Below are positions 42,372 through 52,835 of a stretch of DNA of 64,000 nt, piece by piece. The notes below the pieces were generated by a model that had not been told where the DNA came from, ran no database searches, and saw only the letters and a list, made by a program, of their open reading frames with translations. Every line of letters begins with the position of its first letter. Positions within the stretch are counted from its first letter, which is position 1. The DNA is from an uncultured Gammaproteobacteria bacterium. GTDB taxonomy: Bacteria; Pseudomonadota; Gammaproteobacteria; UBA4575. The stretch lies in the NCBI GenBank assembly GCA_905479295.1, contig CAJQLY010000002.1, forward strand, positions 7,812-71,811, read 5' to 3'. Position numbers and translations under genes: made by a program.

Positions 42372-43052
42372 TTGCCAAGTTATCTAAAAAAGCCAGAATG
42401 GCTTTGTTTCGATCTGGATGGCACGTTAGTCGATAGTGCGCCTGATATTGCGGTGGCGATGAATTATGCCTTACAGGAAATGGGCTTAGCATCAGCAACA
42501 TTGGCAGAGGTCCGTAACTTTATAGGTGATGGGGCTTATGTCTTGTTGCAGCGTGGTTTATCTCATGCTGGGGTCGAGCAGCCGAGTGAGGCTGATATGT
42601 TACAGGCTAGACGTTACTTTGATCTGGCCTATGGTGAGGGTATTGCAGAACATAGTATTTGTTACCCCGATTGTGAAACAGTACTGGCCTCATTTTCGGC
42701 GCAGGCGATACCGCTGGCCTTGGTCACTAATAAGCCACGCCAGTTTGTGCCGCCCTTACTGCAGCGGTTGGGTTTGTCTGATTATTTCTCAGTGCTGCTT
42801 TGTGGTGATGACCTAGCGCAAAAGAAGCCTCACCCTGCACCGATTCAATCGGCGGTGGCGCAAATGCAGAAGGAAGTCACTAGCGGCTATATGGTGGGGG
42901 ACTCGGTTACCGATATGGAAGCAGCATGGCGTGCCGGTGCGGGTGCAATTTATATGTCCTATGGCTATAATCGCGGCGTCTCAGTCGAACAATTTAATCC
43001 CATACGATTAAATCGGCTGGCGCAATTATTGAATTTATTTGAACGAGAGTAA
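42372..43052 (+). CDS. gph: phosphoglycolate phosphatase
   Basis: HAD motif FDLDGTLVDS; follows rpe. Confidence 0.85.
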   Translation: MPSYLKKPEWLCFDLDGTLVDSAPDIAVAMNYALQEMGLASATLAEVRNFIGDGAYVLLQRGLSHAGVEQPSEADMLQARRYFDLAYGEGIAEHSICYPDCETVLASFSAQAIPLALVTNKPRQFVPPLLQRLGLSDYFSVLLCGDDLAQKKPHPAPIQSAVAQMQKEVTSGYMVGDSVTDMEAAWRAGAGAIYMSYGYNRGVSVEQFNPIRLNRLAQLLNLFERE

Positions 43053-43167
43053 TGGATGTTTCATCTTCCTATAAAAGATTGGCAGTTTGATCAGCGTTGG
43101 CGTGCGTAGCGTGTCTAGAACGCTGCTAGCGAGTGTCTGTCTTTTTTTAATTTGAATTTGAGTATCC

Positions 43168-44646
43168 ATGAAGCCATCAACTTTTTCTGAATTTTCCAAA
43201 CAGGGTTTTAGCCACATCCCCGTCGTGCGCGAGGTCGGTGCCGATCTCGATACCCCATTGAGTGCCTATCTCAAACTGGCCAACACGCCCTATAGTTTTC
43301 TATTTGAATCAGTCCATGGTGGTGAGCGCTGGGGCCGTTATTCTATTATCGGTTTGCAGTGTGATGAAGTTATATCGGTGCGTGGTGCAGAGATCACTAG
43401 GACACAACAAGGGCAGGTTGTTGAGCAGTTAGCACACGCTGACCCATTGAGCTGGATAGAAGATTATCGTCAGCAGTTTAAGGTGCCTGAGATTGATGGG
43501 TTACCACGTTTTATTGGTGGCTTGGTTGGTTACTTCGGCTATGAAACCATTCGGTACATAGAGCCTAGACTGGCTAAAGAACAAAAGCCTGATGCATTGA
43601 ATGCACCTGATATTTGTTTAATGACCAGTGGTGAGTTACTGGTTTTTGATAGTCTTAAGTCTTCAGTGTTTATTGTCTTATTAGTCTCAACAGAAGATCA
43701 AAATAACTTAGCCAAAGCACAGCTGCGGATTGATCAGCTAGCGGCTGCAATGCAGCAAAAAGTGTCTTTACCAGTATTAGACCTCAGTGATCAGCCAGCC
43801 AATGATCTTGATTTTGTTTCTGGCTTTAGCCAGCAGGGTTTTAAGACGGCAGTCGAACGTGCGCGAGATTATATTGCACAGGGTGATGCTATGCAGGTGG
43901 TGCTATCGCAGCGCCTCAGTGCACCCTTTAATGGTGAGCCTTTAGATGTGTATCGTCATCTGCGCCGATTGAACCCATCACCACATATGTATTACTTAGA
44001 CATGGGTGATTTTCAGATTGTTGGGTCATCGCCAGAAATCTTAGTGCGGCAAGAAGAACAGCAGGTGACTCTACGTCCGATCGCAGGCACGCGGCCACGT
44101 GGTGCTACTGAGGCGGAAGACTTGGCGTTAGAACAAGAATTACTCAGCGACCCAAAAGAATTGGCAGAACATTTAATGCTGATCGATCTGGGCCGTAATG
44201 ATGTTGGGCGTATTGCTAAGACAGGCACGGTTGAGCTGACTGATAAAATGATCATCGAGCGTTATTCACACGTGATGCATATCGTCTCAAACGTCACTGG
44301 TGAATTACTCGATGACTACTCCAGCATGGATGTGTTGCGAGCTACTTTCCCGGCAGGCACGGTTTCTGGTGCACCTAAAATTAGGGCGATGGAAATCATT
44401 GATGAGTTAGAGCCAATCAAGCGTGGTGTTTACTCCGGTGCAATTGGTTATCTCTCATGGTACGGCGACATGGATACCGCTATTGCGATTCGCACAGCGG
44501 TGATACAAGATCAAACGATCCATGTGCAGGCCGGTGCCGGTATTGTGTATGACTCAGTTGCAGAGAACGAATGGCAAGAAACGATGAATAAGGCGAAGGC
44601 CGTATTACGTGCCGCCGCGCTGGCCGATAAACCAGCCAAGCAATAG
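43168..44646 (+). CDS. trpE: anthranilate synthase component I
   Basis: 492 aa; chorismate-binding motifs (LESV, GAIGY). Confidence 0.92.
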   Translation: MKPSTFSEFSKQGFSHIPVVREVGADLDTPLSAYLKLANTPYSFLFESVHGGERWGRYSIIGLQCDEVISVRGAEITRTQQGQVVEQLAHADPLSWIEDYRQQFKVPEIDGLPRFIGGLVGYFGYETIRYIEPRLAKEQKPDALNAPDICLMTSGELLVFDSLKSSVFIVLLVSTEDQNNLAKAQLRIDQLAAAMQQKVSLPVLDLSDQPANDLDFVSGFSQQGFKTAVERARDYIAQGDAMQVVLSQRLSAPFNGEPLDVYRHLRRLNPSPHMYYLDMGDFQIVGSSPEILVRQEEQQVTLRPIAGTRPRGATEAEDLALEQELLSDPKELAEHLMLIDLGRNDVGRIAKTGTVELTDKMIIERYSHVMHIVSNVTGELLDDYSSMDVLRATFPAGTVSGAPKIRAMEIIDELEPIKRGVYSGAIGYLSWYGDMDTAIAIRTAVIQDQTIHVQAGAGIVYDSVAENEWQETMNKAKAVLRAAALADKPAKQ

Positions 44647-44661
44647 CAGGAAAGTAAAACT

Positions 44662-45243
44662 ATGCTTTTGATGATCGATAACTATGATTCCTTTACCTAT
44701 AATCTGGTGCAGTATTTTGCTGAGCTAGGCGAGCAGGTGAAGGTTGTGCGTAACGATGCCATTGGTCTGCAAGAGATCACTCAAATGAAACCGGATCATA
44801 TTGTTTTATCACCCGGGCCTTGTACCCCAAATGAAGCGGGTATTTCGCTGCAGGTGGTTGAAGAATTTGCCGGTAAGATTCCATTACTGGGTGTCTGTCT
44901 TGGTCATCAAACGATAGGCCAGGCTTATGGTGGCAAGATTGTGCGTGCTAGTGACATCATGCATGGCAAGACTTCGCCAGTGCATCACCATGATCAACAT
45001 ATGTTTAAAGATTGTACTCAGCCATTCACTGCAACTCGTTACCACTCTTTAGTTATTGAGAAGGCAAGCCTGCCCGAGTGTTTGCAGGTCACTGCATGGA
45101 CTGAAACAGAAGATGGCCAGATTGATGAAATTATGGGTGTGCGACACAAAGAGTTGGCAGTGGAAGGGGTGCAGTTCCATCCAGAATCGATCCTCACAGA
45201 CTTTGGTCATCACGTACTAAAAAACTTTGTCGAACAAAATTAA
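44662..45243 (+). CDS. trpG: anthranilate synthase component II (glutamine amidotransferase)
   Basis: [18 protein letters not shown]; GVCLGHQ. Confidence 0.9.
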   Translation: MLLMIDNYDSFTYNLVQYFAELGEQVKVVRNDAIGLQEITQMKPDHIVLSPGPCTPNEAGISLQVVEEFAGKIPLLGVCLGHQTIGQAYGGKIVRASDIMHGKTSPVHHHDQHMFKDCTQPFTATRYHSLVIEKASLPECLQVTAWTETEDGQIDEIMGVRHKELAVEGVQFHPESILTDFGHHVLKNFVEQN

Positions 45244-45244
45244 T

Positions 45245-46267
45245 ATGAGTGTTATTCAACAACATCTAGGCCAGCTAATTATCGGACAAGACTTAACCTC
45301 GGTCGAGATGGAAGCAGCGATGGATAGCATCATGCAAGGTGAGGCGACACCGGCTCAAATCGCTGGTTTTATTGTTGCCTTACGGATGAAAGGTGAGACG
45401 GTCGATGAATTGGCTGCAGCGGCACGCGTCATGCGTAAGTTGTCGAGTAAGGTCGATTTAGGTCAGCAGGATTTAGTCGATACCTGTGGTACCGGTGGTG
45501 ATGGTCAAAAAACATTTAACATCTCAACTGCGTCGGCCATAGTCGCTGCCTCGGCTGGGGTTAAGATTGCCAAGCATGGCAATCGATCAGTCTCAAGTAA
45601 GACTGGTAGTGCCGACGTACTGGAAACCTTGGGTGTGCGTTTGGATGTTACCCCAGAAGTCATCGCTAACTGTGTGCGACAGGTCGGTATCGGTTTTATG
45701 TTTGCACCGATGCATCATAGTTGTATGAAGCATGCGATTGGGCCACGTAAAGAATTAGCCGTGCGTACCTTATTTAATCTGCTTGGGCCTTTAACTAATC
45801 CAGCAGGTGCAAAAAGACAAGTGATGGGCGTTTTTGATGATGTCTGGCTCGAGCCCTTAGCCAAGGTATTAGATAGTTTAGGTGGCGAGCATTGCCTGGT
45901 GGTGCATGCCGATGATGGCCTGGATGAGATTAGTATCTCAGCAGCAACACAAGTCTGTGAGCTAAATAATGGTCAGATCACGCGGTTCCAAATCCAACCA
46001 GAAGATTTTGGTTTGCAGCGCGCTGATGCCAGTGCAATTAGAGTAGAAAATGCGGCGCAAAGTGCGCAGATGATTCGCGCGATTTTTGCCGGTGAGCAGG
46101 GGCCAGCAGCCGATATTGTTAGCCTCAATGCAGGTGCGGCAATCTACATCGCGAAACAAGCACCTTCCTTATCGGCGGGCGTTGAAATAGCTGCAAGCCA
46201 GCTTCAGTCCGGGGCTGTCGCTAAAACCTTAGCCGCACTTATTGAATTTACGACAACCGCAGCATAA
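45245..46267 (+). CDS. trpD: anthranilate phosphoribosyltransferase
   Basis: GTGGDG motif. The ATG at 45245 directly follows the trpG stop. The track's TTG start at 45227 is less likely. Confidence 0.9.
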   Translation: MSVIQQHLGQLIIGQDLTSVEMEAAMDSIMQGEATPAQIAGFIVALRMKGETVDELAAAARVMRKLSSKVDLGQQDLVDTCGTGGDGQKTFNISTASAIVAASAGVKIAKHGNRSVSSKTGSADVLETLGVRLDVTPEVIANCVRQVGIGFMFAPMHHSCMKHAIGPRKELAVRTLFNLLGPLTNPAGAKRQVMGVFDDVWLEPLAKVLDSLGGEHCLVVHADDGLDEISISAATQVCELNNGQITRFQIQPEDFGLQRADASAIRVENAAQSAQMIRAIFAGEQGPAADIVSLNAGAAIYIAKQAPSLSAGVEIAASQLQSGAVAKTLAALIEFTTTAA

Positions 46268-46284
46268 ACCAAGTCAGAGAAATT

Positions 46285-47103
46285 ATGAGCAACGAAGTAC
46301 CTGAAATTTTAGAGAAAATCCTTACTCACAAACGAGCCGAGGTAGAAGACAAAAAAAGTCGTGTCGCTGAATCGATGATGCAAGAGTGGGCGCAGGATAA
46401 CCGTGGTGACCAGCGACCATTTGAGCAAATGCTACGTGCGGCGATCAGTGCCGATAAGCCTGGTGTGATTGCTGAGATCAAACGGGCCTCACCTAGCCAA
46501 GGTATTTTACGCGAAAATTTTGACCCAATGTCGATTGCTAGTAGCTATCAATTTGGTGGTGCAACCTGTTTGTCAGTGTTGACTGATAGCGAGTTCTTTA
46601 AGGGTGGTGGTCCAGCACTGGAGTTTGCGCGTAAGTCATGTGGTCTACCGGTACTGCGTAAAGATTTTATTATCGATCCATATCAAATCTATGAGACTAA
46701 GGCACTGACTGCAGATTGTGTTTTATTGATTGTATCAGCGCTAACAGATGAAGCCTTAGCCTCTTTGTATGAGCTGGCAAAATCATTAAACTTGGATGTC
46801 TTAATTGAGGTGCATAACGAGCAAGAGATGCAGCGTGCTTTAGCCTTGAAGCCAACCTTGATCGGAGTGAATAATCGTAATCTACATACCTTTGAAGTCG
46901 ATCTAGATACGACTCTACGTTTGCGTGACATGGTGCCAGCTGAAGTTGCCTTAGTGACAGAAAGTGGTATTCACTCACTAGAGGATATCGCTAAGATGCG
47001 TGAGAACGATATTCATCTGTTCTTGGTTGGTGAAGCCTTTATGCGTGCTGAAGATCCAGGTCAGAAATTAAAGGAATTGTTTTTCCCTAAGCGTAGTTAC
47101 TAA
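46285..47103 (+). CDS. trpC: indole-3-glycerol phosphate synthase
   Basis: ILEKILTHKRAEV; IAEIKRASPSQG. Confidence 0.9.
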   Translation: MSNEVPEILEKILTHKRAEVEDKKSRVAESMMQEWAQDNRGDQRPFEQMLRAAISADKPGVIAEIKRASPSQGILRENFDPMSIASSYQFGGATCLSVLTDSEFFKGGGPALEFARKSCGLPVLRKDFIIDPYQIYETKALTADCVLLIVSALTDEALASLYELAKSLNLDVLIEVHNEQEMQRALALKPTLIGVNNRNLHTFEVDLDTTLRLRDMVPAEVALVTESGIHSLEDIAKMRENDIHLFLVGEAFMRAEDPGQKLKELFFPKRSY

Positions 47104-47146
47104 AGTGCTTGGGCGATAAAGGCATAGGTTAAAGGTTTAGGAAAGA

Positions 47147-47926
47147 ATGGATAAAGACTCGAAGATCAGTCTGTATGGGTTTAATAACCTGACCAAAACG
47201 CTGAGTTTCAATTTTTACGATATTTGTTACGCCAAAAATGAACGTCAGCGCACAGAGTATCTGGCCTATATTGATGAGACCTATAATAGTCAGAGACTAA
47301 CCGAGGTATTGCGGGAAGTAGCTAAGATTATTGGCGCTAACATTCTCAACATTGCGACTCAGGACTATGAGCCGAGTGGTTCTAGTGTGACCATGTTGAT
47401 CTCGGAAGAAGATGCTTATGATGTTGACGATCCCAACTGCCCTAGCGTGGTTGCACATTTAGATAAGAGTCATTTAACAGCACACACTTATCCCGAGTCA
47501 CATCCGGATGGTGGTATCAGTACCTTTCGTGCCGATCTGGATATTTCCACCTGTGGTCGCATCTCGCCGTTAAAGGCGCTCAACTTTTTAATCGATAGCT
47601 TTGATGAAGACATCGTCATTATGGATTATCGCATCCGTGGTTTTACCCGTGATGTGGAAGGTAAGAAGTTTTATAAAGACCACTCTATTTCATCGATTCA
47701 AGATTATTTATCAGAGCGTACACTGGCCCAGTATCAATTAATTGACGTCAATGTGTATCCGGAAAACTTCTTCCATACGAAAATGATGTTGAAGGATTTT
47801 TCCTTTGATAATTATCTCTTCGGCCAGGGATCGGGGGATATGAGTGCTGCTGAGATTGAGAAGGTCGAGAAGCGTCTAAAAAAAGAAATGACAGAGATTT
47901 TTTATGGCATGAATATGCCGGACTAA
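47147..47926 (+). CDS. speD: S-adenosylmethionine decarboxylase proenzyme (E. coli-type)
   Basis: [21 protein letters not shown]; [25 protein letters not shown]. Confidence 0.9.
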   Translation: MDKDSKISLYGFNNLTKTLSFNFYDICYAKNERQRTEYLAYIDETYNSQRLTEVLREVAKIIGANILNIATQDYEPSGSSVTMLISEEDAYDVDDPNCPSVVAHLDKSHLTAHTYPESHPDGGISTFRADLDISTCGRISPLKALNFLIDSFDEDIVIMDYRIRGFTRDVEGKKFYKDHSISSIQDYLSERTLAQYQLIDVNVYPENFFHTKMMLKDFSFDNYLFGQGSGDMSAAEIEKVEKRLKKEMTEIFYGMNMPD

Positions 47927-48591
47927 ATCCAATAGGCACCACTAGTCATACTTTTTGAGACCAGTGTCATGATTTTTTTGATTGGTTTAGGTAATTCCTG
48001 CGCACCGAGCTTTCTAGCCTCTTCGCCATGATGACGTTCGTCTTCACGCATTCGTTCTAAGATTGCCCGGCTACGATTGTCTTCCACTGGTAATTGGCCT
48101 AGATGATCATCCAGATGACGTTCGACCTGCGCCTCAGTTTCTGCAACAAATCCCAAACTCCAGCGATCACCAACCCAGCCTGCGCTGGCACCTAACAAGT
48201 AGGAAGAGGCATACCAAAAAGGGCTTAGGAGACTACGTGGGGACTTCAACTCAGCCAGACGGGTTTCACACCAAGCAAGATGATTGAGCTCTTCCTGTGC
48301 CGAGGTCTCCATCTGTTGTAACGTCTCTTGATTTTGAGCAGTCAGTGCTTGGCCGTGATAAAGCCCTTGGGCAGCAATTTCACCAGCATGGTTTACACGC
48401 ATCAGCCTAGCCGACTCAACACTTTCTTGCAGACTCAAATCATCTTCAATCATGTCCTGTGCTGGGTAGGGCGCTGAAATTGTTCTACGCTGTAAGGTGA
48501 CCACACGTAAGCCACGATCAAATTCTCGAATCAGACGGTCGGCGAGACTGAAGTGACGTAATCGTTTATTGGGTGTATTGCTCATAGCCAA
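47923..48591 (-). CDS. coq7: demethoxyubiquinone hydroxylase Coq7 (di-iron carboxylate)
   Basis: Close match to the Coq7 pattern ([13 protein letters not shown] di-iron ligands, SLGFVAETE). Confidence 0.85.
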   Translation of the reverse strand: MAMSNTPNKRLRHFSLADRLIREFDRGLRVVTLQRRTISAPYPAQDMIEDDLSLQESVESARLMRVNHAGEIAAQGLYHGQALTAQNQETLQQMETSAQEELNHLAWCETRLAELKSPRSLLSPFWYASSYLLGASAGWVGDRWSLGFVAETEAQVERHLDDHLGQLPVEDNRSRAILERMREDERHHGEEARKLGAQELPKPIKKIMTLVSKSMTSGAYWI

Positions 48592-48594
48592 ATG

Positions 48595-49779
48595 TTAACT
48601 CAATTGTCGCGCTAATAATTCAATCGGATGCATGATCTCTACCTGTTGGTCCTGTGCACTCAAGGCCATACGTAACTGGCTGCTGCAGCCAACGTTCGCC
48701 GACAACACTAGGTCGGCCTCTGCCGCTGCGATGGTTTGGGCCTTACGTTGGGCTAATGCCTGGTTGCTAGTCTCTGGCGTTAATAATTGCACGCCGCCAG
48801 CACCACAGCAGTGCAGATTATCATTGAATTCATGTAAATCGAGCTGCGGTATCTTCGCCAATAACTGGTACATAGCCGCTACTGCAGCTGGGTTGGCATG
48901 CAGACTGCAAGGGATGTGCAGTAATACTTTTTTGTTTAGAGCACGCGGTTTTAGCGTTTTAAATTCGTCTTGTGCCAGTAACCATTGCTGAATATCCCAA
49001 TGCTTTAGTCCAGCTCTATCCAGCTGATCTAATTGATTGCCACAGCCACTGGCGATACTGACAACATCACGGCACGGCAGCGTGGCCCAGTGTTGGCGTA
49101 GTTGCTGTTGTTGCTGTTTGGCATAGTCAGGTAAGCCGGCATGCCGTGCTAGGGCGCTACAGCAATCGCTAGCGACGCTTAGGCGAGGTTTATACCCGAT
49201 GGCGCGGATAAGTAGCTGCGCGCTGTCTAAGGTGCGCTGATCCATTATGCGGCCACTGCAGCCCTGGAATAAGAGTACTGATCGGTCTGAAGGGGGGACT
49301 GAGGTCTTGATAGGCGCTATTTTTTTTGCTTTAGGGATACTGGCAGCGAGCCTAGCGAGCTGACTAAAGGCGGAATAACCTGAGCGATTTAGTCGTCGCG
49401 CCAAGGGTAAGCTAGTCTTGATTAGAGTTTGGCCAATACGGTTACTGAGGCCATGAATTAGCAGGGTCTGTAGCAGCCGTGGAATAGCAGGCAGGTGCTT
49501 GCGATAGGCGCTACGGCCAGCATCGATAATGCTCTCGAAATCGACCTTGGCTGGGCAAACCTGCTGACATTTTAGACAGGTGGTGCAGCTCTGTAGGTGT
49601 GTGTTTAGGGCGGGGCTAGGATCCAGTTGATCTTCTAAGAAGGCCTTGACCAGTGAAATACGCCCACGCGGTGATTCACCTTCATGTTGGCTGACGGCAT
49701 AGGTTGGGCAGTGAGGCAGGCAGAGGCCGCACATTACACAGTGCTCGGTGTTTCTTATACTGTCAGTAGGATGCGACAT
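48595..49779 (-). CDS. GlcF-like (Fe-S)-binding oxidoreductase with two CCG domains
   Basis: CVMCGLCLPHCPTY and CTTCLKCQQVCP ferredoxin motifs plus two CCG-type Cys-rich domains. Separated from coq7 by only 3 nt. Confidence 0.7.
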   Translation of the reverse strand: MSHPTDSIRNTEHCVMCGLCLPHCPTYAVSQHEGESPRGRISLVKAFLEDQLDPSPALNTHLQSCTTCLKCQQVCPAKVDFESIIDAGRSAYRKHLPAIPRLLQTLLIHGLSNRIGQTLIKTSLPLARRLNRSGYSAFSQLARLAASIPKAKKIAPIKTSVPPSDRSVLLFQGCSGRIMDQRTLDSAQLLIRAIGYKPRLSVASDCCSALARHAGLPDYAKQQQQQLRQHWATLPCRDVVSIASGCGNQLDQLDRAGLKHWDIQQWLLAQDEFKTLKPRALNKKVLLHIPCSLHANPAAVAAMYQLLAKIPQLDLHEFNDNLHCCGAGGVQLLTPETSNQALAQRKAQTIAAAEADLVLSANVGCSSQLRMALSAQDQQVEIMHPIELLARQLS

Positions 49780-49846
49780 TGATGGGCTACAGCGGCTTAC
49801 ATTTCGTTTAAGGTTAACTATTCATTAGAGTTTAGGATTTATTGCC

Positions 49847-50152
49847 ATGAGTTACTACAAACGCCATATGTTTATTTGTACAAACCAACGTGAAGACAAG
49901 ATTTGCTGTCAGGATCACGACGCCGCCGAAAAGCGTAATGCGGTGAAAAAGATAGCTAAAGAGCTAGGTCTTAGTGGACAAGGCAAGATTCGCATCAATA
50001 CTGCGGGCTGTTTGGACCGTTGTTCTGAGGGGCCAGTGGCGGTGGTCTATCCGGATGAGACCTGGTATCGCTATGAAAGCGTGGCTGATCTCGAGGAAAT
50101 TGTACATCAACACCTTGATCAGGGTCAGCCGGTCGAGCGCCTGAAGATCTGA
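49847..50152 (+). CDS. thioredoxin-like [2Fe-2S] ferredoxin-domain protein
   Basis: 101 aa. Cys pattern C-x9-CC ... C-x3-C (FICTNQREDKICC...GCLDRC). Confidence 0.55.
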   Translation: MSYYKRHMFICTNQREDKICCQDHDAAEKRNAVKKIAKELGLSGQGKIRINTAGCLDRCSEGPVAVVYPDETWYRYESVADLEEIVHQHLDQGQPVERLKI

Positions 50153-50283
50153 TGGTCCTATAGTTTTTCAGGATGATTACTATTAATTGATTGATAAGGC
50201 TTGACAATTCTTGACCTATATTAGAAAATATAAATATTCAAATATTCTTGAATATTGTTTTACTCCTCTTGTGGTATCCATTA

Positions 50284-50318
50284 CGCGGTGGTCTTAATTA
50301 GGCCACCGCGTTTTTTTT
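50284..50318 (+). terminator. rho-independent terminator (CGCGGTGG-tcttaattag-CCACCGCG, T8)
   Basis: 8-10-bp GC-rich stem followed by TTTTTTTT. Confidence 0.8.
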
Positions 50319-50410
50319 GCCTAAAAAGTAACCGCAAAGCGTTTAATTGGCTTGTTTAGCCTCAACTACTCTAGTAGTATTGCGCGCCTTTACAGAATTC
50401 TATTACCCGT

Positions 50411-50839
50411 ATGAAAACACTAAGCACAAAACCTGCTGATGTCATTCGCCAATGGTTTTTGGTCGATGCCACCGATAAAACATTAGGTCGTCTATCGACT
50501 GAGATTGCTCGTCGCCTACGCGGTAAGCATAAGCCAGAGTACACACCACACGTGGATACGGGCGATTACATTATTGTAGTTAACGCGGAAAAAATTCATG
50601 TTACCGGCAATAAATTGAACGACAAGATGTACTACCACCACACTGGTTACATCGGCAACATGAAGAAGACTAATCTTTCTGATTTATTGGAAGATCACCC
50701 AGAACGCGTCATCGAGACAGCGGTTAAGGGTATGTTGCCAAAGAATCCATTAGGTCGTGCTATGTTCTCCAAGCTTAAAGTTTATGCTGGACCAGAACAT
50801 AAGCATCAATCGCAGCAACCAGAAACTCTGGATATTTAA
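50411..50839 (+). CDS. rplM: 50S ribosomal protein L13
   Basis: 142 aa, canonical L13 sequence. Confidence 0.95.
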   Translation: MKTLSTKPADVIRQWFLVDATDKTLGRLSTEIARRLRGKHKPEYTPHVDTGDYIIVVNAEKIHVTGNKLNDKMYYHHTGYIGNMKKTNLSDLLEDHPERVIETAVKGMLPKNPLGRAMFSKLKVYAGPEHKHQSQQPETLDI

Positions 50840-50844
50840 ACAAT

Positions 50845-51237
50845 ATGGCTACTACACAATATTACGGTACTGGACGTCGCAAGAGTTCTTCTGCACGCGT
50901 CTACCTTAAGCCTGGCAAAGGCCAGATTGTTGTTAACTCACGTGAAGACAACGTGTATTTCGGTCGTGAAACTTCACGCCGTATTATTCGTCAACCGTTA
51001 GAAGCAACCGACACATTATCTCAGTTTGATATCAGCGTTAGCGTTAGCGGCGGTGGTTCAAACGGTCAAGCCGGCGCAATTCAGCTCGGTATCGCTCGTG
51101 CATTGTTAGTTTACAACGAAGAACTTCGTGGTGAACTGCGTAAGGGTGGTTTCTTAACCCGTGACGCACGTGAAGTTGAGCGTAAGAAAGTTGGCCTACG
51201 CAAAGCGCGTAAGAAAGAGCAGTACTCCAAGCGTTAA
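50845..51237 (+). CDS. rpsI: 30S ribosomal protein S9
   Basis: 130 aa, YYGTGRRK...KKYSKR. Confidence 0.95.
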   Translation: MATTQYYGTGRRKSSSARVYLKPGKGQIVVNSREDNVYFGRETSRRIIRQPLEATDTLSQFDISVSVSGGGSNGQAGAIQLGIARALLVYNEELRGELRKGGFLTRDAREVERKKVGLRKARKKEQYSKR

Positions 51238-51245
51238 TCTTTATG

Positions 51246-51282
51246 GTGCTTCGGACCAGCGGTCCGGAGCACTTTTGTATTT
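51246..51282 (+). terminator. rho-independent terminator after rpsI (12-bp stem GTGCTTCGGACC / GGTCCGGAGCAC, T-run)
   Basis: Near-perfect hairpin followed by TTTTGTATTT. Confidence 0.8.
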
Positions 51283-51357
51283 CCTCTCGTTATTCCCTAA
51301 AAGCAGTCGTTTATTGGCTTATTAGTCGATACGTTTCGCTATCTATTTATCTTACGA

Positions 51358-52104
51358 TTAAGAATTCTTCAGTGTTTCTAATGCGGCAGCAGATGCCTGT
51401 TGTAAGAATAAACTATCAACACCGACTGTTAGTAGGCTAAAGCCTTGTTCTTTATACGGTGCAACGGCCTCTGCGCTGACACCAAAAATACCTAATGCCT
51501 TGCCGTGATCCATGCAGGCTTCACTAATCTGCTCGATGGCGTCAATAAATTCAGGATTTTCAAAGTCACCGACCTCGCCGAGGCTGGCAGATAGGTCATA
51601 AGGCCCAATAAGCACCGCATCAACCCCAGCACAACTGGCCATTGCATCGATATTACCGATTGCATCACGACTTTCGGCCTGAATAACGACAATAGTCTCG
51701 TCATTGGCTCGTGCTAGATAGTCTTGAAAATTTAAGCCGTAATCATGTGCTCGACCTAAGCCCACTCCACGTTGTCCTTGTGGTGGGTATTTACTCACAC
51801 GGACGATGTCCTGCGCTTCGGCTAAGCTTTCTACCTGCGGCACGATAATGCCAGCAGCACCGGCGTCCAAGGTTTTTTTAATGAAGCCTTCATCAAATCC
51901 GGGTACGCGGACTAAACAGGGGCAGTCGCCAGCAGCCTGAATCAGGCAAAAGACCTCATTTGGCCCAAGTGCACCATGTTCGGCATCGATAAACAGCCAA
52001 TCATAGCCAAGCTGCACCGTCATCTCGACCGCCTCAACACTTGCCATCGACATTAAGGTGCCATACAGCACTTCATTGTTGAGTAGTCGTTGTCGTAACG
52101 TCAT
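51358..52104 (-). CDS. HpcH/HpaI-family aldolase
   Basis: 248 aa, family pattern (WLFIDAEHG...RVPG). Confidence 0.78.
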   Translation of the reverse strand: MTLRQRLLNNEVLYGTLMSMASVEAVEMTVQLGYDWLFIDAEHGALGPNEVFCLIQAAGDCPCLVRVPGFDEGFIKKTLDAGAAGIIVPQVESLAEAQDIVRVSKYPPQGQRGVGLGRAHDYGLNFQDYLARANDETIVVIQAESRDAIGNIDAMASCAGVDAVLIGPYDLSASLGEVGDFENPEFIDAIEQISEACMDHGKALGIFGVSAEAVAPYKEQGFSLLTVGVDSLFLQQASAAALETLKNS

Positions 52105-52117
52105 AGTCGTTATCCTT

Positions 52118-52771
52118 TTAGATGACCTTTAAGCCACTATCGCTACCCAATAACAAAACATCGGCAGGGCGAATGGCAAAGATACCGACAGTCACCACAC
52201 CCGCCAAAGTAGCGATTTGGGTCTCCATTTCTATCGGTTGAGTGATGCTTAGGTTGTGTACATCGATAATGATGTTACCGTTATCGGTAGTAAACCCTTG
52301 ACGTAATTCTGGTGCGCCACCGAGCTGCACCATACGGCGTGCTACCGCACTGCGTGCCATCGGCACTACTTCGATGGGTAATGGGAAGCTGCCTAGGCGG
52401 TTCACTAATTTAGAGTCATCTGCAATACAAATAAATTTCTTACTGGCGTTAGCAACGATCTTTTCGCGAGTTAGTGCACCACCACCACCTTTGATTAAGG
52501 CACGTAGTTCAGTCGCTTCATCTGCACCATCGACATATAAAGGCAGATCACCAGTAGCATTTAGGTCGAGTACTGGGATATTGTGACTACGTAAACGTTC
52601 TGCTGATGCTTCAGAGCTTGCCACCGCGCCATCGATTTTGCCGCGAACCTTGGCAAGGGCATCAATAAAATAATTGGCGGTAGATCCTGTACCAACACCG
52701 ATTACATCGTCGTTTTGTATATAATCGAGTGCTGCTTCGGCAGCTAAACGTTTTTTGTCGTCGGCATTCAT
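52118..52771 (-). CDS. rpiA: ribose-5-phosphate isomerase A (start at the internal Met; the track ORF has a spurious N-terminal extension)
   Basis: [18 protein letters not shown]...[15 protein letters not shown] matches the RpiA N-terminus. The upstream extension is hydrophobic and unlike RpiA. Confidence 0.85.
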   Translation of the reverse strand: MNADDKKRLAAEAALDYIQNDDVIGVGTGSTANYFIDALAKVRGKIDGAVASSEASAERLRSHNIPVLDLNATGDLPLYVDGADEATELRALIKGGGGALTREKIVANASKKFICIADDSKLVNRLGSFPLPIEVVPMARSAVARRMVQLGGAPELRQGFTTDNGNIIIDVHNLSITQPIEMETQIATLAGVVTVGIFAIRPADVLLLGSDSGLKVI

Positions 52772-52835
52772 TGTTTTTCTCACTAAGACTGACTGATGAA
52801 GGATATAAAGATTACCGTGAAGGCTAAAGCATATT

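Noticed and set aside
51243-51440. 65-aa + strand ORF after rpsI
   Set aside because: Spans the rpsI terminator hairpin and the 3-prime end of the convergent aldolase gene. No coding signal.
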